A DNA stretch of 64,000 nucleotides, taken from the NCBI GenBank assembly GCA_016839555.1, contig JAEOUA010000003.1:340112-404111 (forward strand). Direction: 5' to 3'. Below are positions 59,445 through 64,000 of the stretch, piece by piece. This DNA is from Promethearchaeota archaeon. Lineage in GTDB: Archaea > Asgardarchaeota > Lokiarchaeia > Sigyniarchaeales > SOKP01. The notes under the pieces are model-generated. The model worked only from the letters and a program-made list of their open reading frames with translations. It was not told the DNA's origin and did not search any database. Both the position numbers and the translations under genes were made by a program. Each line of letters opens with the position of its first letter. Position 1 is the stretch's first letter.

Positions 59445-60863
59445 TTGTTCAATAATCAAAATAAAAGTGAAATATTTATGGACTTTAAATTACTTGAAAA
59501 TACTCCCCTATATAAAGCCTTCTCTGAGGTAGGTAAGAGAATCTTCTTACCAGAGGGTATTTTTTATTGGTCTGGGCGAGCAAAAAATGAGGCGGAATTA
59601 ATTGGGACGATTGGGTCTGCTTTTGGATATGAAAAAGATTTCATTGAGGATGGGGAGGATAAATGGGTTCCTTGCTATTTAAAAGAGATTAAAAAATATT
59701 CTAATCTAAATGTTGAACAAATTGTTCCTTATGCGTCTATTGGCGGATTGCCCGAGCTCAGAAAAATATGGAAAGATTGGATAATAGAAAAAGCGCGTTT
59801 TAATTCTGGAGAGGATAAAAAGAACATAGATTATCTTACAAAATACATAACAGACCCCCTTGTGACTGCTGGAGTGACTAATGGTATATATCTGGTATGC
59901 TCTCTTTTTTTAAATAAAGGAGAGAAGATCATTTGCCCTAATAAACGATGGGGAAACTATGATAATATCATTGTAAAAAATATCGGAGCTCAAATTGAAT
60001 CATTTGAATTCTTCCGCAATAAAAAAATTAATCTGGATGGTTTAAGAAAGGCAATCCAGGAACTTGATAGAGTACAAGATAAAATAGTAATAATTTTAAA
60101 TTTTCCTAATAATCCTACAGGATATGTACCAACCAAGCAAGAGGCACTAGATTTAATAAATCTGCTCCAGCAACTTCAATTAGAAATCAAAAAACCCTTT
60201 ATTATTTTAGTTGATGATGCTTATGAGCCTTATATCTATAATTTTCGAGAGGATATCTTAGATGTTTCCATCTTTTATCAACTTCAGCAATTGGAAGAAG
60301 AAATAATACCCATCAAGCTAGATGGTATTACTAAAGAATTACTTTTCTATGGAGGTAGAATCGGTTTTGTAACTATTGGGCTAAAACCTATTTGGGTTCA
60401 AGATAAATATAGTCTTTCCACATTAAAGGATGAAATAAATAATAAATTGGAAGGATTCAATAGAAGCTCAATATCTAATTCAAATCATTTTTATCAAACA
60501 GTTGCAATCAAATTATTTCAAGATTCTGGCAAAGAGAAGATTATAGAATCAAGAAATAAAGTTAAACTGCTATTAGAAAAAAGATGCAAAAAAATAAACC
60601 AAGAATTAATGAAAATTAAATCAACTGATATCTCTGTAGATCCGAATTCGGGTGGCTTTTTTATATTTGTGAATTTAAACCCTGAAAAAATTAAAGCATC
60701 CGAGTTTGCGGATTATTTGTTAACACAGCATAAAGTAGGAGTCATCCCTATAGAAAATCCTCGGGAAAATATAAATGGAATACGAATCGCTTATTCTTCG
60801 ATTAACTTAGATCAAATACCCGAATTTATAGAGAGAATTAAGAAGGCATTATCTAATTATTAA
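59445..60863 (+). CDS. Class I/II PLP-dependent aminotransferase (likely start ATG 59478)
   Basis: WGNY, NFPNNPTGY, DDAY, KLDGITKE...GGRIGF, GGFF, RIAYS. Confidence 0.9.
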   Translation: MFNNQNKSEIFMDFKLLENTPLYKAFSEVGKRIFLPEGIFYWSGRAKNEAELIGTIGSAFGYEKDFIEDGEDKWVPCYLKEIKKYSNLNVEQIVPYASIGGLPELRKIWKDWIIEKARFNSGEDKKNIDYLTKYITDPLVTAGVTNGIYLVCSLFLNKGEKIICPNKRWGNYDNIIVKNIGAQIESFEFFRNKKINLDGLRKAIQELDRVQDKIVIILNFPNNPTGYVPTKQEALDLINLLQQLQLEIKKPFIILVDDAYEPYIYNFREDILDVSIFYQLQQLEEEIIPIKLDGITKELLFYGGRIGFVTIGLKPIWVQDKYSLSTLKDEINNKLEGFNRSSISNSNHFYQTVAIKLFQDSGKEKIIESRNKVKLLLEKRCKKINQELMKIKSTDISVDPNSGGFFIFVNLNPEKIKASEFADYLLTQHKVGVIPIENPRENINGIRIAYSSINLDQIPEFIERIKKALSNY

Positions 60864-61039
60864 AACAAAAATTTATGCCAATTTTAATGATGACACTGTA
60901 TTCAAATTCTGAGTAAAGAAAGCTATTATATTAGAGAGTTTTTATAATTGCAATATAAAAAAATTAAAAAAATAACCTCTATTAATATTAATAGCATATT
61001 TTTAATATTATTTAAATTAAAAAAGTTGGATTATATAAT

Positions 61040-61930
61040 ATGGAAACTTCCTTTTACATTTTAGGTGTTTTTTTAGCCATTATAAGTGGATCAGTAAATA
61101 ATATTGGTTCAGTTTTACAGAAAAAAGTAGTGAATGAACTTCCTACGGAAGCTAAATTTTTCAGGAGTTTAATCAAAAAACCGCTTTGGTTAATGGGTTT
61201 AATAATGCAAATGGGAATTGGGTCAATTTTCTTCATGGTTGCCCAATTATATATTGGTCCTGCTCTCATTCCCGGCCTCATGGCATTCGGATTAGTTTTC
61301 TTAGCTATTGGTTCAGCAAAAATTGTTAAAGAATCTCTAAAAAAAGTAGAAATAACGGGAATCATCCTCATGATCAGTGCAATATTTTTTTTGGGATTAT
61401 CGGAATTAATAATTGATATCACCCAGATAGATATACTCCAACCAATGGTTATCCTTAATATGACAGTCTTTACTATTAGTTTATATATGGGTTCGTTAAT
61501 ATGTGAAATCCTTCAAAGAAGGAGTCAAAAATATAAAGGAATCTTACTGGCAATTGCTTCGGGATTTCAAGTTTCATTAACTAATTTCTGGATTGCACCA
61601 ATGATGGCCTTTTTTGTTGCAGTATTTACAGGTACGGCGAGTTTGGGGGAGATAATTCTATTCGTTATTACTTCAATAATATTAGTCATTTCCAGCATGA
61701 CTGGGATTGCAAAGATTCAGCAATCATTTCAAGTGGCAAATGCAAGCCGAATGATACCAATTCAACAAGTTCCCATCCAAATAATGCCTATTTTTGTGTA
61801 TTTCTTGGTATTTTCGTTGATTGCACCTAGTATCATGTCAATTTTTTTTATGGTAATAGGAGTATTTTTTATAATTATTAGTTCCTTTTTGTTGGCTAAA
61901 CGTCAAGCACAATTAGAAGCAATGAAATAG
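61040..61930 (+). CDS. DMT-superfamily transporter (NIPA-like)
   Basis: GSVLQKK, PLWLMGL and KESLKKVEITG; about nine TM segments. Confidence 0.7.
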   Translation: METSFYILGVFLAIISGSVNNIGSVLQKKVVNELPTEAKFFRSLIKKPLWLMGLIMQMGIGSIFFMVAQLYIGPALIPGLMAFGLVFLAIGSAKIVKESLKKVEITGIILMISAIFFLGLSELIIDITQIDILQPMVILNMTVFTISLYMGSLICEILQRRSQKYKGILLAIASGFQVSLTNFWIAPMMAFFVAVFTGTASLGEIILFVITSIILVISSMTGIAKIQQSFQVANASRMIPIQQVPIQIMPIFVYFLVFSLIAPSIMSIFFMVIGVFFIIISSFLLAKRQAQLEAMK

Positions 61931-61944
61931 AGGTGAAATAGAAA

Positions 61945-62733
61945 ATGGTAAAAATAATCTTTGTTCAACCACATCCAGATGATTTAGAATTAAATTGTGG
62001 GCATTTAATGCATTATCTATCAACTAAAAGTAATAAAAATTATGTAATCAAAGTTGCTTCCACCACCTTGGGAGAATATGGCCTTCCTGGAGCACAATAT
62101 GATAAATTTAAAGGAGATTTCTTGGCTAAAGTGCGTTTACGTGAATTACAAAATGCATTGAGTATTCATAAAATTCCCGCTGAGAATATTACCTATTTAG
62201 GATACATAGATGGCTTAGTTCCCTTTAATAGAGAAATGATTTCTAAGTTTGCGAATTATTTAAAAAAAGAGCAACCTGATATTATTTTTGGTCCCGAGGC
62301 AATTTATACTTCTTACTATCACATGGATCATGTTAATACAGGGAAAGTTCTTTTTTATTGTATTTATCATAATTTAATTGGATGTCGACCAATCCTCTAT
62401 TATTATCAAACGCTTAGCCCAAATTTTTATTTTGGTTTTAAAGAAGAAGATTTTCATTTAATAGATCAATTGCTTGCTTGTCATAAAACGCAGTTCTGGT
62501 TAATTAACAGAGTTAAGATGATGTATAAACCTAAATCCCGCTTAGCTGGCTTTAATTTAGCGGGGTGGAAGTATGCTGAAAAATATAGAAGGGTTTATTT
62601 CAATAGTAAGAATCAGAATAAAAATAAACCCTCATTGCGAGTAAAGATAAGGAGTCATTGGTATTCTAGCATGCCATGGTTCCAAGCAAAATATCCCCAA
62701 GATATATTAAAGGAGCTAAACAAAAAAAGCTAA
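61945..62733 (+). CDS. PIG-L/LmbE family deacetylase
   Basis: PHPDD, TLGE.G, R..E, LGYIDG, HMDH, CHKTQ. Confidence 0.9.
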   Translation: MVKIIFVQPHPDDLELNCGHLMHYLSTKSNKNYVIKVASTTLGEYGLPGAQYDKFKGDFLAKVRLRELQNALSIHKIPAENITYLGYIDGLVPFNREMISKFANYLKKEQPDIIFGPEAIYTSYYHMDHVNTGKVLFYCIYHNLIGCRPILYYYQTLSPNFYFGFKEEDFHLIDQLLACHKTQFWLINRVKMMYKPKSRLAGFNLAGWKYAEKYRRVYFNSKNQNKNKPSLRVKIRSHWYSSMPWFQAKYPQDILKELNKKS

Positions 62734-63092
62734 ACAAAATAAAACAGCGAATTATTAACAATTTTATCAATGCAAAACAAATAAAATTCTTTTTTATTTT
62801 TTAATTACCATCTTTTTTAATTTTCAAGTTAAGATTTATGGTTTTTCTATTTTTTACTTAACATTGATAAGTAGAGGAAAAAAGAGGAGAATTTCCTAAA
62901 AAAAAATTAAAGTAAAAGATTAAAATTTATATACTCTCCATGCTAAAAAATACAAATTTTTTAGGAATAAGAAATGGAGCAATAATACTGAAAAAAAAAT
63001 AGAAATTATAGTAATATTTTCATTTCTAATAATTATATAAACTATCACGAAGAATAAATAATTGATATCTTTATTATTAATGTGATTAAAAA

Positions 63093-64000
63093 ATGCAACC
63101 GATTGGATTCAATAAAGAAAAAGCATCAGCTGTTTTAAAGAAATATGACATAGATGTTTTAATTGCTTCTTCTCCTGTTAATGTATTCTATTTAACAGGC
63201 TTGCCCACTCTACATGTTGCGCCTAATCCCATTTTGTACGTATTATCGAACCAATATCCCAGCCTGGCCTTAGTTAAAAATGATGGAGAAGAAAGCCTAA
63301 TAACTTGGATAACTTATAGAAGTATCGATAATTTTTCCTGGGTTAAAGATGTTCACGGAATAGGGTCTCCAAAAGCGGCAATGGTAACAATTTCTGATAA
63401 AATAAAAGAATGGGAGTTTTCAAATAAAAAAATTGGATATGAATCGCACATGCCCACGTATCAATATCAATATTTAAAGAATGAATTTCCAAATGCCACG
63501 TTTATTAATGGAGATCAAGCTTTTTTAGACATGAGATTAGTTAAATCAGAAGAGGAAGTAAAACGGATTAGAAAATCAACTGAAATTTCTGAAAAGGCAA
63601 TTAAAACAATGATTGAAGAGGCGCATGAAGGAATTACAGATAACGAATTACTTCAGATCGCTCGCCGCACAATCATTAATGAGGGAGCGGAAGGATGGGA
63701 TCACCTAACTATGGGCATAGGTTCATCAGACCCAGAAGCTCCTGGCACAGGTATTCAAATGAAGCCAGGAGATATAACTCGATTTGATATTGGTACTATC
63801 TGGAAGGGATACGTATCAGATGTAAGCAGAGAGGTAGTGATTGGTAAAATTCCAGAAGGAGCTCAAGAAATAATAGAAAGACTAATTCAAGTACAAGAAT
63901 TTTGCGTGGAAAACATCAAACCAGGAGGATATCCAAAAGAGCTATATAAAAATACTATGGATTTCAATAAATCTTTAACAAAATTCGGAAGGTGTTTTAT
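63093..64000 (+). CDS. Xaa-Pro peptidase (M24) family protein, 3' end runs off the window
   Basis: Hand-translated: MQPIGFNKEK...NVFYLTG, MRLVKSEEEV, RFDIGTIWKGYVSDVSR, IKPG. Confidence 0.88.
   Translation, partial: MQPIGFNKEKASAVLKKYDIDVLIASSPVNVFYLTGLPTLHVAPNPILYVLSNQYPSLALVKNDGEESLITWITYRSIDNFSWVKDVHGIGSPKAAMVTISDKIKEWEFSNKKIGYESHMPTYQYQYLKNEFPNATFINGDQAFLDMRLVKSEEEVKRIRKSTEISEKAIKTMIEEAHEGITDNELLQIARRTIINEGAEGWDHLTMGIGSSDPEAPGTGIQMKPGDITRFDIGTIWKGYVSDVSREVVIGKIPEGAQEIIERLIQVQEFCVENIKPGGYPKELYKNTMDFNKSLTKFGRCF

Noticed and set aside
2099-61422. Many short track ORFs overlapping longer genes (for example 2099-2347, 3480-3704, 12288-13233, 17133-17456, 23485-23811, 27339-27704, 43415-43741, 53363-53623, 58901-59209, 61054-61422)
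   Set aside because: They are antisense or alternate-frame shadows of well-supported genes and contain no recognisable motifs.

Overview
A very AT-rich, gene-dense archaeal chromosomal window. It is most consistent with an Asgard archaeon of the Lokiarchaeia type, based on archaeal GltX, S30e, a histone, a proteasome beta subunit, NOG1, two BHB-intron tRNAs, a Loki-type profilin domain and a eukaryote-like SECIS. I saw no mobile element, CRISPR array or rRNA. Most genes are ordinary metabolism: asd, proAB, hxlB, mfnEF, uxaE, a FadH-like reductase, a MaoC pair, hydrolases and transporters. Features the ORF track misses: (1) selD is a selenoprotein (in-frame TGA, HG-U-SCK), with a eukaryote-like SECIS right after its stop that carries an extra branch hairpin; (2) an intergenic K-turn/ACA hairpin at 45.2 kb that looks like an H/ACA guide RNA; (3) two tRNAs; (4) a 58-aa zinc-ribbon gene; (5) partial gltX and M24 peptidase genes at the edges. 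Notable eukaryotic-signature-like candidates: a profilin domain with a long C-terminal extension; a histone next to a proteasome beta lacking Thr1 and a coiled-coil RING protein; a HEAT/coiled-coil/PCI-like/Ig-like protein; and MIT-like proteins. All assignments come from reading motifs by eye; no searches were run.
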